Assembly (NCBI RefSeq): GCF_039654945.1
Contig: NW_027361804.1
Coordinates: forward strand, 2,232,001 to 2,296,000
Reading direction: 5' to 3'
Length of the DNA: 64,000 nucleotides
Source of the DNA: Dendrobates tinctorius
Taxonomy: Eukaryota
In this document: piece after piece, positions 1-15,400 of the stretch
Layout: every line of letters starts with the position of its first letter
How positions within the stretch are numbered: the stretch's first letter is position 1
The notes under the pieces: model-generated
What the model was told of the DNA's origin: nothing
The model's database searches: none
What the model saw: the letters and a program-made list of their open reading frames with translations, nothing else
Made by a program: the position numbers and the translations under genes

Positions 1-482
1 CAACTTTTTGTATCCTTCCCCTGAAAAGCTATGTTGAATAATCTTTGTTTTCAGATCATTTGAGAGTTGTTTTGAGGAGCCCATGATGCCACTCTTCATA
101 GGAGAAGCAAATAGGAGAACTACTTGCAAGTGGCCACCTTAAATTCCTTTTCTCATGATTTGATACACCTGGCTATGAAGTTCAAAGCTTAATGAGGATA
201 CAAAACCAATTTAGTGCTTCAGGAAGTCAGTAAAAAGTAGTTAGGAGTGTTCAAATCAAGAAAATGATAAGGGTGCCCATACTTTTGCACCGGTCAAATT
301 TTGTTTAAATGCAGATTGCACATTTTCTGTTAGTACAATAAACCTCATTTGAATCCAGAAATATAACTGAGTCCATCAGTTATTAGATATATGAAACTGA
401 AATAGCTGTTGCAAAAACCAAAATTGTTATAAAGAAAAAAGGTTAACATTAATAGGGGTGCCCAAACTTTTACATATGACTG
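1..482 (-). mobile_element. 5' end of a Tc1/mariner (IR/DR-type) DNA transposon; the element continues beyond the window start
   Basis: Ends ...CCCAAACTTTTACATATGACTG followed by TA (483-484). An inner direct repeat GGGTGCCCATACTTTTGCAC near 270-290 matches the outer one. The minus-strand ATG at 84 reads MGSSKQLSNDLKTKIIQHSFSGEGYKKL, a Tc1 paired-like N-terminus. Confidence 0.85.
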
Positions 483-484
483 TA

Positions 485-3400
485 TAATGACACTATGGCA
501 GTTAGGTGGTATGGCTGGCTCTATTATGGGGGCTGCAGCGGGCACTGTTACAATGACACTATGGCAGTTAGGTGGTATGGCTGGCTCTATTATGGGGGGC
601 AGCAGTTGGCACTGTTATGACACTATGGCAGTTAGGTGGTATGGCTGGCTCTATTATGGGGACTGCAGTGGGCACTGTTACAATGACACTATGGCAGTCT
701 GGGGTAGTATGGCTGGCTCTATTATGGGGGCTGCAGTGGGCACTGTTATAATGACACTATGGCAGTTAGGTGGTATGGCTGGCTCTATTATGGGGACTGC
801 AGTGGGCACTGTTACAATGACACTATGGCAGTCTGGGGTGGTATGGCTGGCTCTATTATGGGGGCTGCAGTGGGCACTGTTATAATGACACTATGGCAGT
901 TAGGTGGTATGGTTGGCTCTATTATGGGGACTGCAGTGGGCACTGTTATAATGACACTATGGCAGTTAGGTGGTATGGCTGGCTCTATTATGGGGGCTGC
1001 AGTGGGCACTGTTACAATGACACTATGGCAGTCTGGGGTAGTATGGCTGGCTCTATTATGGGGACTGCAGTGGGCACTGTTATAATTACACTATGGCAGT
1101 TAGGTGGTATGGCTGGCTCTATTATGGGGACTGCAGTGGGCACTGTTACAATGACACTATGGCAGTCTGGGGTAGTATGGCTGGCTCTATTATGGGGGCT
1201 GCAGTGGGCACTGTTATAATGACACTATGGCAGTTAGGTGGTATGGTTGGCTCTATTATGGGGACTGCAGTGGGCACTGTTACAATGACACTATGGCAGT
1301 CTGGGGTAGTATGGCTGGCTCTATTATGGGGACTGCAGTGGGCACTGTTATAATGACACTATGGAAGTTAGGTGGTATGGCTGGCTCTATTATGGGGGCT
1401 GCAGCGGGCACTGTTATAATGACACTATGGCAGTTAGGTGGTATGGCTGGCTCTATTATGGGGGCTGCAGTGGGCACTGTTATAATGACACTATGGCAGT
1501 TAGGTGGTATGGTTGGCTCTATTATGGGGACTGCAGTGGGCACTGTTATAATGACACTATGGCAGTTAGGTGGTATGGTTGGCTCTATTATGGGGACTGC
1601 AGTGGGCACTGTTATAATGACACTATGGCAGTTAGGTGGTATGGCTGGCTCTATTATGGGGACTGCAGTGGGCACTGTTATAATGACACTATGGCAGTTA
1701 GGTGGTATGGCTGGCTCTATTATGGGGGGCTGCAGCGGGCACTGTTATAATGACACTATGGCAGTTAGGTGGTATGGCTGGCTCTATTATGGGGACTGCA
1801 GTGGGCACTGTTATAATGACACTATGGCAGTTAGGTGGTATGGTTGGCTCTATTATGGGGACTGCAGTGGGCACTGTTATAATGACACTATGGCAGTTAG
1901 GTGGTATGGTTGGCTCTATTATGGGGGCTGCAGTGGGCACTGTTATAATGACACTATGGCAGTTAGGTGTTATGGCTGGTCTATTATGGGGACTGCAGTG
2001 GGCACTGTTACAATGACACTATGGCAGTTAGGTGGTATGGCTGGCTCTATTATGGGGGACTGCAGTGGGCACTGTTATAATGACACTATGGCAGTCTGGG
2101 GTGGTATGGCTGGCTCTATTATGGGGCTGCAGTGGGTACTGTTATAATGACACTATGGCAGTTAGGTGGTATGGTTGGCTCTATTATGGGGGCTGCAGCG
2201 GGCCCTATTATAATGACTCTATGGCAGTTAGGTGGTATGGCTGGCTCTATTATGGGGGCTGCAGTGGGCACTGTTATAATGACACTATGGCAGTTAGGTG
2301 GTATGGTTGGCTCTATTATAGGGACTGCAGTGGGCACTGTTACAATGACACTATGGCAGTTAGGTGGTATGGCTGGCTCTATTATGGGGGGCTGCAGTGG
2401 GCACTGTTATAATGACACTATGGCAGTTAGGTGGTATGGCTGGCTCTATTATGGGGACTGCAGTGGGCACTGTTATAATGACACTATGGCAGTCTGGGGT
2501 GGTATGGCTGGCTCTATTATGGGGCTGCAGTGGGCACTGTTATAATGACACTATGGCAGTTAGGTGGTATGGTTGGCTCTATTATGGGGGCTGCAGTGGG
2601 CACTGTTATAATGACACTATGGCAGTTAGGTGGTATGGCTGGTCTATTATGGGGACTGCAGTGGGCACTGTTACAATGACACTATGGCAGTTAGGTGGTA
2701 TGGCTGGCTCTATTATGGGGGGCTGCAGTGGGCACTGTTATAATGACACTATGGCAGTTAGGTGGTATGGCTGGCTCTATTATGGGGACTGCAGTGGGCA
2801 CTGTTATGACACTATGGCAGTCTGGGGTGGTATGGCTGGCTCTATTATGGGGACTGCAGTGGGCACTGTTATAATGACACTATGGCAGTTAGGTGGTATG
2901 GTTGGCTCTATTATGGGGACTGCAGTGGGCACTGTTATAATGACACTATGGCAGTTAGGTGGTATGGCTGGCTCTATTATGGGGACTGCAGTGGGCACTG
3001 TTATAATGACACTATGGCAGTTAGGTGGTATGGCTGGCTCTATTATGGGGCTGCAGTGGGCACTGTTATAATGACACTATGGCAGTTAGGTGGTATGGTT
3101 GGCTCTATTATGGGGGCTGCAGTGGGCACTGTTATAATGACACTATGGCAGTTAGGTGGTATGGTTGGCTCTATTATGGGGGCTGCAGTGGGCACTGTTA
3201 TAATGACACTATGGCAGTTAGGTGGTATGGCTGGCTCTATTATGGGGACTGCAGTGGGCACTGTTACAATGACACTATGGCAGTCTGGGGTGGTATGGCT
3301 GGCTCTATTATGGGGGCTGCAGTGGGCACTGTTATAATGACACTATGGCAGTTAGGTGGTATGGCTGGCTCTATTATGGGGGCTGCAGAGGGCACTGTTA

Positions 3401-6400
3401 TAATGACACAATGGCAGTCTGGGGTGGTATGGCTGGCTCTATTATGGGGGGCTGCAGCGGGCACTGTTATAATGACACTATGGCAGTTAGGTCGTATGGC
3501 TGGCTCTATTATGGGGGCTGCAGCGGGCACTGTTATAATGACACTATGGCAGTTAGGTCGTATGGCTGGGTCTATTATGGGGGCTGCAGCGGCCACTGTT
3601 ATAATGACACAATGGCAGTCTGGGGTGGTATGGCTGGCTCTATTATGGGGGGCTGCAGCGGGCACTGTTATAATGACACTATGGCAGTTAGGTCGTATGG
3701 CTGGCTCTATTATGGGGACTGCAGCGGGCACTGTTATAATGACACTATGGCAGTTAGGTCGTATGGCTGGCTCTATTATGGGGGCTGCAGCGGGCACTGT
3801 TATAATGACAATGGCAGTCTGGGGTGGTATGGCTGGCTCTATTATGGGGGCTGCAGTGGGCACTGTTATAATGACACTATGGCAGTTAGGTGGTATGGCT
3901 GGCTCTATTATGGGGGACTGCAGTGGGCACTGTTATAATGACACTATGGCAGTTAGGTGGTATGGCTGGCTCTATTATGGGGGACTGCAGTGGGCACTGT
4001 TATAATGACACTATGGCAGTTAGGTGGTATGGCTGGCTCTATTATGGGGGCTGCAGCGGGCACTGTTACAATGACACTATGGCAGTTAGGTGGTATGGCT
4101 GGCTCTATTATGGGGGGCTGCAGTGGGCACTGTTATAATGACACTATGGCAGTTAGGTGGTATGGCTGGCTCTATTATGGGGGCTGCAGCGGGCACTGTT
4201 ACAATGACACTATGGCAGTCTGGGGTGGTATGGCTGGCTCTATTATGGGGGCTGCAGTGGGCACTGTTATAATGACACTATGGCAGTTAGGTCGTATGGC
4301 TGGCTCTATTATGGGGGCTGCAGCGGGCACTGTTACAATGACACTATGGCAGTTAGGTCGTATGGCTGGCTCTATTATGGGGGCTGCAGCGGGCACTGTT
4401 ATAATGACACTATGGCAGTTAGGTCGTATGGCTGGCTCTATTATGGGGGCTGCAGCGGGCACTGTTATAATTACACAATGGCAGTCTGGGGTGGTATGGC
4501 TGGCTCTATTATGGGGGGCTGCAGCGGGCACTGTTATAATGACACTATGGCAGTTAGGTGGTATGGCTGGCTCTATTATGGGGACTGCAGTGGGCACTGT
4601 TATAATGACACTATGGCAGTTAGGTCGTATGGCTGGCTCTATTATGGGGGCTGCAGCGGGCACTGTTACAATGACAATGGCAGTCTGGGGTGGTATGGCT
4701 GGCTCTATTATGGGGGCTGCAGTGGGCACTGTTATAATGACACTATGGCAGTTAGGTGGTATGGCTGGCTCTATTATGGGGGGCTGCAGTGGGCACTGTT
4801 ATAATGACACTATGGCAGTTAGGTGGTATGGCTGGCTCTATTATGGGGGCTGCAGCGGGCACTGTTACAATGACAATGGCAGTCTGGGGTGGTATGGCTG
4901 GCTCTATTATGGGGGCTGCAGTGGGCACTGTTATAATGACACTATGGCAGTTAGGTGGTATGGCTGGCTCTATTATGGGGGGCTGCAGTGGGCACTGTTA
5001 TAATGACACTATGGCAGTTAGGTGGTATGGCTGGCTCTATTATGGGGGCTGCAGCGGGCACTGTTACAATGACACTATGGCAGTCTGGGGTGGTATGGCT
5101 GGCTCTATTATGGGGGCTGCAGTGGGCACTGTTATAATGACACTATGGCAGTTAGGTCGTATGGCTGGCTCTATTATGGGGGCTGCAGCGGGCACTGTTA
5201 TAATGACAATGGCAGTCTGGGGTGGTATGGCTGGCTCTATTATGGGGGCTGCAGTGGGCACTGTTACAATGACACTATGGCAGTTAGGTGGTATGGCTGG
5301 CTCTATTATGGGGACTGCAGCGGGCACTGTTACAATGACACTATGGCAGTTAGGTCGTATGGCTGGCTCTATTATGGGGGCTGCAGCGGGCACTGTTATA
5401 ATGACAATGGCAGTCTGGGGTGGTATGGCTGGCTCTATTATGGGGGCTGCAGTGGGCACTGTTGTAATGACACTATGGCAGTTAGGTGGTATGGCTGGCT
5501 CTATTATGGGGGGCTGCAGTGGGCACTGTTATAATGACACTATGGCAGTTAGGTGGTATGGCTGGCTCTATTATGGGGGCTGCAGTGGGCACTGTTATAA
5601 TGACACTATGGCAGTTAGGTGGTATGGCTGGCTCTATTATGGGGGACTGCAGTGGGCACTGTTATAATGACACTATGGCAGTTAGGTGGTATGGCTGGCT
5701 CTATTATGGGGGCTGCAGCGGGCACTGTTACAATGACACTATGGCAGTTAGGTGGTATGGCTGGCTCTATTATGGGGGCTGCAGTGGGCACTGTTATAAT
5801 GACACTATGGCAGTTAGGTGGTATGGCTGGCTCTATTATGGGGGCTGCAGTGGGCACTGTTATAATGACACTATGGCAGTTAGGTGGTATGGCTGGCTCT
5901 ATTATGGGGGCTGCAGTGGGCACTGTTATAATGACACTATGGCAGTTAGGTGGTATGGCTGGCTCTATTATGGGGGACTGCAGTGGGCACTGTTATAATG
6001 ACACTATGGCAGTTAGGTGGTATGGCTGGCTCTATTATGGGGGCTGCAGCGGGCACTGTTACAATGACACTATGGCAGTTAGGTGGTATGGCTGGCTCTA
6101 TTATGGGGACTGCAGTGGGCACTGTTACAATGACACTATGGCAGTTAGGTGGTATGGCTGGCTCTATTATGGGGGGCTGCAGTGGGCACTGTTATAATGA
6201 CACTATGGCAGTTAGGTGGTATGGCTGGCTCTATTATGGGGACTGCAGTGGGCACTGTTATAATGACACTATGGCAGTCTGGGGTGGTATGGCTGGCTCT
6301 ATTATGGGGCTGCAGTGGGCACTGTTATAATGACACTATGGCAGTTAGGTGGTATGGTTGGCTCTATTATGGGGGCTGCAGTGGGCACTGTTATAATGAC

Positions 6401-9400
6401 ACTATGGCAGTTAGGTGGTATGGCTGGCTCTATTATGGGGGCTGCAGCGGGCACTGTTATAATGACACTATGGCAGTTAGGTGGTATGGTTGGCTCTATT
6501 ATGGGGGCTGCAGTGGGCACTGTTATAATGACACTATGGCAGTTAGGTGGTATGGCTGGCTCTATTATGGGGGCTGCAGCGGGCACTGTTATAATGACAC
6601 TATGGCAGTTAGGTGGTATGGCTGGCTCTATTATGGGGACTGCAGTGGGCACTGTTATAATGACACTATGGCAGTTAGGTGGTATGGCTGGTCTATTATG
6701 GGGACTGCAGTGGGCACTGTTACAATGACACTATGGCAGTTAGGTGGTATGGCTGGCTCTATTATGGGGGGCTGCAGTGGGCACTGTTATAATGACACTA
6801 TGGCAGTTAGGTGGTATGGCTGGCTCTATTATGGGGACTGCAGTGGGCACTGTTATAATGACACTATGGCAGTCTGGGGTGGTATGGCTGGCTCTATTAT
6901 GGAGCTGCAGTGGGCACTGTTATAATGACACTATGGCAGTTAGGTGGTATGGTTGGCTCTATTATGGGGGCTGCAGTGGGCACTGTTATAATGACACTAT
7001 GGCAGTTAGGTGGTATGGCTGGCTCTATTATGGGGGCTGCAGAGGGCACTGTTATAATGACACAATGGCAGTCTGGGGTGGTATGGCTGGCTCTATTATG
7101 GGGGGCTGCAGCGGGCACTGTTATAATGACACTATGGCAGTTAGGTCGTATGGCTGGCTCTATTATGGGGGCTGCAGCGGGCACTGTTATAATGACACTA
7201 TGGCAGTTAGGTCGTATGGCTGGGTCTATTATGGGGGCTGCAGCGGGCACTGTTATAATGACACAATGGCAGTCTGGGGTGGTATGGCTGGCTCTATTAT
7301 GGGGGGCTGCAGCGGGCACTGTTATAATGACACTATGGCAGTTAGGTCGTATGGCTGGCTCTATTATGGGGACTGCAGCGGGCACTGTTATAATGACACT
7401 ATGGCAGTTAGGTCGTATGGCTGGCTCTATTATGGGGGCTGCAGCGGGCACTGTTATAATGACAATGGCAGTCTGGGGTGGTATGGCTGGCTCTATTATG
7501 GGGGCTGCAGTGGGCACTGTTATAATGACACTATGGCAGTTAGGTGGTATGGCTGGCTCTATTATGGGGGACTGCAGTGGGCACTGTTATAATGACACTA
7601 TGGCAGTCTGGGGTGGTATGGTTGGCTCTATTATGGGGGCTGCAGTGGGCACTGTTATAATGACACTATGGCAGTTAGGTCGTATGGCTGGCTCTATTAT
7701 GGGGGGCTGCAGTGGGCACTGTTATAATGACACTATGGCAGTTAGGTGGTATGGCTGGCTCTATTATGGGGGCTGCAGCGGGCACTGTTACAATGACAAT
7801 GGCAGTCTGGGGTGGTATGGCTGGCTCTATTATGGGGGCTGCAGTGGGCACTGTTATAATGACACTACGGCAGTTAGGTGGTATGGCTGGCTCTATTATG
7901 GGGGGCTGCAGTGGGCACTGTTATAATGACACTATGGCAGTTAGGTGGTATGGCTGGCTCTATTATGGGGGCTGCAGCGGGCACTGTTACAATGACACTA
8001 TGGCAGTCTGGGGTGGTATGGCTGGCTCTATTATGGGGGCTGCAGTGGGCACTGTTATAATGACACTATGGCAGTTAGGTCGTATGGCTGGCTCTATTAT
8101 GGGGGCTGCAGCGGGCACTGTTATAATGACAATGGCAGTCTGGGGTGGTATGGCTGGCTCTATTATGGGGGCTGCAGTGGGCACTGTTACAATGACACTA
8201 TGGCAGTTAGGTGGTATGGCTGGCTCTATTATGGGGACTGCAGCGAGCACTGTTACAATGACACTATGGCAGTTAGGTCGTATGGCTGGCTCTATTATGG
8301 GGGCTGCAGCGGGCACTGTTATAATGACAATGGCAGTCTGGGGTGGTATGGCTGGCTCTATTATGGGGGCTGCAGTGGGCACTGTTATAATGACACTATG
8401 GCAGTTAGGTGGTATGGCTGGCTCTATTATGGGGGGCTGCAGTGGGCACTGTTATAATGACACTATGGCAGTTAGGTGGTATGGCTGGCTCTATTATGGG
8501 GGACTGCAGTGGGCACTGTTATAATGACACTATGGCAGTTAGGTGGTATGGCTGGCTCTATTATGGGGGCTGCAGTGGGCACTGTTATAATGACACTATG
8601 GCAGTTAGGTGGTATGGCTGGCTCTATTATGGGGGACTGCAGTGGGCACTGTTATAATGACACTATGGCAGTTAGGTGGTATGGCTGGCTCTATTATGGG
8701 GGCTGCAGCGGGCACTGTTACAATGACACTATGGCAGTTAGGTGGTATGGCTGGCTCTATTATGGGGACTGCAGTGGGCACTGTTACAATGACACTATGG
8801 CAGTTAGGTGGTATGGCTGGCTCTATTATGGGGACTGCAGTGGGCACTGTTATAATGACACTATGGCAGTCTGGGGTGGTATGGCTGGCTCTATTATGGG
8901 GCTGCAGTGGGCACTGTTATAATGACACTATGGCAGTTAGGTGGTATGGTTGGCTCTATTATGGGGGCTGCAGTGGGCACTGTTATAATGACACTATGGC
9001 AGTTAGGTGGTATGGCTGGCTCTATTATGGGGGCTGCAGCGGGCACTGTTATAATGACACTATGGCAGTTAGGTGGTATGGTTGGCTCTATTATGGGGAC
9101 TGCAGTGGGCACTGTTATAATGACACTATGGCAGTTAGGTGGTATGGCTGGCTCTATTATGGGGGGCTGCAGTGGGCACTGTTATAATGACACTATGGCA
9201 GTTAGGTGGTATGGCTGGCTCTATTATGGGGACTGCAGTGGGCACTGTTATAATGACACTATGGCAGTTAGGTGGTATGGCTGGCTCTATTATGGGGGGC
9301 TGCAGTGGGCACTGTTATAATGACACTATGGCAGTTAGGTGGTATGGCTGGCTCTATTATGGGGACTGCAGTGGGCACTGTTATAATGACACTATGGCAG

Positions 9401-12400
9401 TTAGGTGGTATGGCTGGCTCTATTATGGGGGGCTGCAGTGGGCACTGTTATAATGACACTATGGCAGTTAGGTGGTATGGCTGGCTCTATTATGGGGACT
9501 GCAGTGGGCACTGTTATAATGACACTATGGCAGTCTGGGGTGGTATGGCTGGCTCTATTATGGGGCTGCAGTGGGCACTGTTATAATGACACTATGGCAG
9601 TTAGGTGGTATGGTTGGCTCTATTATGGGGGCTGCAGTGGGCACTGTTATAATGACACTATGGCAGTTAGGTGGTATGGCTGGCTCTATTATGGGGGCTG
9701 CAGAGGGCACTGTTATAATGACACAATGGCAGTCTGGGGTGGTATGGCTGGCTCTATTATGGGGGGCTGCAGTGGGCACTGTTATAATGACACTATGGCA
9801 GTTAGGTGGTATGGCTGGCTCTATTATGGGGGCTGCAGTGGGCACTGTTATAATGACACTATGGCAGTTAGGTGGTATGGCTGGCTCTATTATGGGGGCT
9901 GCAGAGGGCACTGTTATAATGACACAATGGCAGTCTGGGGTGGTATGGCTGGCTCTATTATGGGGGGCTGCAGCGGGCACTGTTATAATGACACTATGGC
10001 AGTTAGGTCGTATGGCTGGCTCTATTATGGGGGCTGCAGCGGGCACTGTTATAATGACACTATGGCAGTTAGGTCGTATGGCTGGGTCTATTATGGGGGC
10101 TGCAGCGGGCACTGTTATAATGACACAATGGCAGTCTGGGGTGGTATGGCTGGCTCTATTATGGGGGGCTGCAGCGGGCACTGTTATAATGACACTATGG
10201 CAGTTAGGTCGTATGGCTGGCTCTATTATGGGGACTGCAGCGGGCACTGTTATAATGACACTATGGCAGTTAGGTCGTATGGCTGGCTCTATTATGGGGG
10301 CTGCAGCGGGCACTGTTATAATGACAATGGCAGTCTGGGGTGGTATGGCTGGCTCTATTATGGGGGCTGCAGTGGGCACTGTTATAATGACACTATGGCA
10401 GTTAGGTGGTATGGTTGGCTCTATTATGGGGGACTGCAGTGGGCACTGTTATAATGACACTATGGCAGCTAGGTGGTATGGCTGGCTCTATTATGGGGGG
10501 CTGCAGTGGGCACTGTTATAATGACACTATGGCAGTTAGGTGGTATGGCTGGCTCTATTATGGGGGCTGCAGCGGGCACTGTTACAATGACACTATGGCA
10601 GTCTGGGGTGGTATGGCTGGCTCTATTATGGGGGCTGCAGTGGGCACTGTTACAATGACACTATGGCAGTTAGGTCGTATGGCTGGCTCTATTATGGGGG
10701 CTGCAGCGGGCACTGTTACAATGACACTATGGCAGTTAGGTCGTATGGCTGGCTCTATTATGGGGGCTGCAGTGGGCACTGTTATAATTACACAATGGCA
10801 GTCTGGGGTGGTATGGCTGGCTCTATTATGGGGGGCTGCAGCGGGCACTGTTATAATGACACTATGGCAGTTAGGTGGTATGGCTGGCTCTATTATGGGG
10901 ACTGCAGCGGGCACTGTTATAATGACACTATGGCAGTTAGGTCGTATGGCTGGCTCTATTATGGGGGCTGCAGCGGGCACTGTTACAATGACAATGGCAG
11001 TCTGGGGTGGTATGGCTGGCTCTATTATGGGGGCTGCAGTGGGCACTGTTATAATGACACTATGGCAGTTAGGTGGTATGGCTGGCTCTATTATGGGGGG
11101 CTGCAGTGGGCACTGTTATAATGACACTATGGCAGTTAGGTGGTATGGCTGGCTCTATTATGGGGGCTGCAGCGGGCACTGTTACAATGACACTATGGCA
11201 GTCTGGGGTGGTATGGCTGGCTCTATTATGGGGGCTGCAGTGGGCACTGTTATAATGACACTATGGCAGTTAGGTCGTATGGCTGGCTCTATTATGGGGG
11301 CTGCAGCGGGCACTGTTATAATGACAATGGCAGTCTGGGGTGGTATGGCTGGCTCTATTATGGGGGCTGCAGTGGGCACTGTTATAATGACACTATGGCA
11401 GTTAGGTGGTATGGCTGGCTCTATTATGGGGGGCTGCAGTGGGCACTGTTATAATGACACTATGGCAGTTAGGTGGTATGGCTGGCTCTATTATGGGGGA
11501 CTGAAGTGGGCACTGTTATAATGACACTATGGCAGTTAGGTGGTATGGCTGGCTCTATTATGGGGGCTGCAGTGGGCACTGTTATAATGACACTATGGCA
11601 GTTAGGTGGTATGGCTGGCTCTATTATGGGGGACTGCAGTGGGCACTGTTATAATGACACTATGGCAGTTAGGTGGTATGGCTGGCTCTATTATGGGGGC
11701 TGCAGCGGGCACTGTTACAATGACACTATGGCAGTCTGGGGTGGTATGGCTGGCTCTATTATGGGGGCTGCAGTGGGCACTGTTATAATGACACTATGGC
11801 AGTTAGGTGGTATGGCTGGCTCTATTATGGGGGCTGCAGCAGGCACTGTTACAATGACACTATGGCAGTCTGGGGTGGTATGGCTGGCTCTATTATGGGG
11901 GCTGCAGTGGGCACTGTTATAATGACACTATGGCAGTTAGGTCGTATGGCTGGCTCTATTATGGGGGCTGCAGGGGGCACTGTTACAATGACACTATGGC
12001 AGTTAGGTCGTATGGCTGGCTCTATTATGGGGGCTGCAGCGGGCACTGTTATAATGACACTATGGCAGTTAGGTCGTATGGCTGGCTCTATTATGGGGGC
12101 TGCAGCGGGCACTGTTATAATTACACAATGGCAGTCTGGGGTGGTATGGCTGGCTCTATTATGGGGGGCTGCAGTGGGCACTGTTATAATGACACTATGG
12201 CAGTTAGGTGGTATGGCTGGCTCTATTATGGGGGCTGCAGCGGGCACTGTTACAATGACACTATGGCAGTCTGGGGTGGTATGGCTGGCTCTATTATGGG
12301 GGCTGCAGTGGGCACTGTTATAATGACACTATGGCAGTTAGGTCGTATGGCTGGCTCTATTATGGGGGCTGCAGCGGGCACTGTTATAATGACAATGGCA

Positions 12401-15400
12401 GTCTGGGGTGGTATGGCTGGCTCTATTATGGGGGCTGCAGCGGGCACTGTTACAATGACACTATGGCAGTTAGGTCGTATGGCTGGCTCTATTATGGGGG
12501 CTGCAGCGGGCACTGTTATAATGACAATGGCAGTCTGGGGTGGTATGGCTGGCTCTATTATGGGGGCTGCAGTGGGCACTGTCATAATGACACTATGGCA
12601 GTTAGGTCGTATGGCTGGCTCTATTATGGGGGCTGCAGCGGGCACTGTTATAATGACAATGGCAGTCTGGGGTGGTATGGCTGGCTCTATTATGGGGGCT
12701 GCAGCGGGCACTGTTACAATGACACTATGGCAGTTAGGTCGTATGGCTGGCTCTATTATGGGGGCTGCAGCGGGCACTGTTATAATGACAATGGCAGTCT
12801 GGGGTGGTATGGCTGGCTCTATTATGGGGGCTGCAGTGGGCACTGTTATAATGACACTATGGCAGTTAGGTGGTATGGCTGGCTCTATTATGGGGGGCTG
12901 CAGTGGGCACTGTTATAATGACACTATGGCAGTTAGGTGGTATGGCTGGCTCTATTATGGGGGCTGCAGTGGGCACGGTTATAATGACACTATGGCAGTT
13001 AGGTGGTATGGCTGGCTCTATTATGGGGGACTGCAGTGGGCACTGTTATAATGACACTATGGCAGTTAGGTGGTATGGCTGGCTCTATTATGGGGGCTGC
13101 AGCGGGCACTGTTACAATGACACTATGGCAGTCTGGGGTGGTATGGCTGGCTCTATTATGGGGGCTGCAGTGGGCACTGTTATAATGACACTATGGCAGT
13201 TAGGTGGTATGGCTGGCTCTATTATGGGGGCTGTAGCGGGCACTGTTACAATGACACTATGGCAGTCTGGGGTGGTATGGCTGGCTCTATTATGGGGGCT
13301 GCAGTGGGCACTGTTATAATGACACTATGGCAGTTAGGTCGTATGGCTGGCTCTATTATGGGGGCTGCAGCGGGCACTGTTACAATGACACTATGGCAGT
13401 TAGGTCGTATGGCTGGCTCTATTATGGGGGCTGCAGCGGGCACTGTTATAATGACACTATGGCAGTTAGGTCGTATGGCTGGCTCTATTATGGGGGCTGC
13501 AGCGGGCACTGTTATAATTACACAATGGCGGTCTGGGGTGGTATGGCTGGCTCTATTATGGGGGGCTGCAGCGGGCACTGTTATAATGACACTATGGCAG
13601 TTAGGTGGTATGGCTGGCTCTATTATGGGGACTGCAGTGGGCACTGTTATAATGACACTATGGCAGTTAGGTCGTATGGCTGGCTCTATTATGGGGGCTG
13701 CAGCGGGCACTGTTACAATGACAATGGCAGTCTGGGGTGGTATGGCTGGCTCTATTATGGGGGCTGCAGTGGGCACTGTTATAATGACACTATGGCAGTT
13801 AGGTGGTATGGCTGGCTCTATTATGGGGGGCTGCAGTGGGCACTGTTATAATGACACTATGGCAGTTAGGTGGTATGGCTGGCTCTATTATGGGGGCTGC
13901 AGCGGGCACTGTTACAATGACACTATGGCAGTCTGGGGTGGTATGGCTGGCTCTATTATGGGGGCTGCAGTGGGCACTGTTATAATGACACTATGGCAGT
14001 TAGGTGGTATGGCTGGCTCTATTATGGGGGCTGTAGCGGGCACTGTTACAATGACACTATGGCAGTCTGGGGTGGTATGGCTGGCTCTATTATGGGGGCT
14101 GCAGTGGGCACTGTTATAATGACACTATGGCAGTTAGGTCGTATGGCTGGCTCTATTATGGGGGCTGCAGCGGGCACTGTTACAATGACACTATGGCAGT
14201 TAGGTCGTATGGCTGGCTCTATTATGGGGGCTGCAGCGGGCACTGTTATAATGACACTATGGCAGTTAGGTCGTATGGCTGGCTCTATTATGGGGGCTGC
14301 AGCGGGCACTGTTATAATTACACAATGGCGGTCTGGGGTGGTATGGCTGGCTCTATTATGGGGGGCTGCAGCGGGCACTGTTATAATGACACTATGGCAG
14401 TTAGGTGGTATGGCTGGCTCTATTATGGGGACTGCAGTGGGCACTGTTATAATGACACTATGGCAGTTAGGTCGTATGGCTGGCTCTATTATGGGGGCTG
14501 CAGCGGGCACTGTTACAATGACAATGGCAGTCTGGGGTGGTATGGCTGGCTCTATTATGGGGGCTGCAGTGGGCACTGTTATAATGACACTATGGCAGTT
14601 AGGTGGTATGGCTGGCTCTATTATGGGGGGCTGCAGTGGGCACTGTTACAATGACACTATGGCAGTTAGGTGGTATGGCTGGCTCTATTATGGGGGCTGC
14701 AGTGGGCACTGTTATAATGACACTATGGCAGTTAGGTCGTATGGCTGGCTCTATTATGGGGGGCTGCAGTGGGCACTGTTATAATGACACTATGGCAGTT
14801 AGGTGGTATGGCTGGCTCTATTATGGGGGCTGCAGCGGGCACTGTTATAATGACAATGGCAGTCTGGGGTGGTATGGCTGGCTCTATTATGGGGGCTGCA
14901 GTGGGCACTGTTACAATGACACTATGGCAGTTAGGTGGTATGGCTGGCTCTATTATGGGGACTGCAGCGGGCACTGTTACAATGACACTATGGCAGTTAG
15001 GTCGTATGGCTGGCTCTATTATGGGGGCTGCAGCGGGCACTGTTATAATGACAATGGCAGTCTGGGGTGGTATGGCTGGCTCTATTATGGGGGGCTGCAG
15101 TGGGCACTGTTATAATGACACTATGGCAGTTAGGTGGTATGGCTGGCTCTATTATGGGGGCTGCAGTGGGCACTGTTATAATGACACTATGGCAGTTAGG
15201 TGGTATGGCTGGCTCTATTATGGGGGGCTGCAGTGGGCACTGTTATAATGACACTATGGCAGTTAGGTGGTATGGCTGGCTCTATTATGGGGGCTGCAGT
15301 GGGCACTGTTATAATGACACTATGGCAGTTAGGTGGTATGGCTGGCTCTATTATGGGGGACTGCAGTGGGCACTGTTATAATGACACTATGGCAGTTAGG

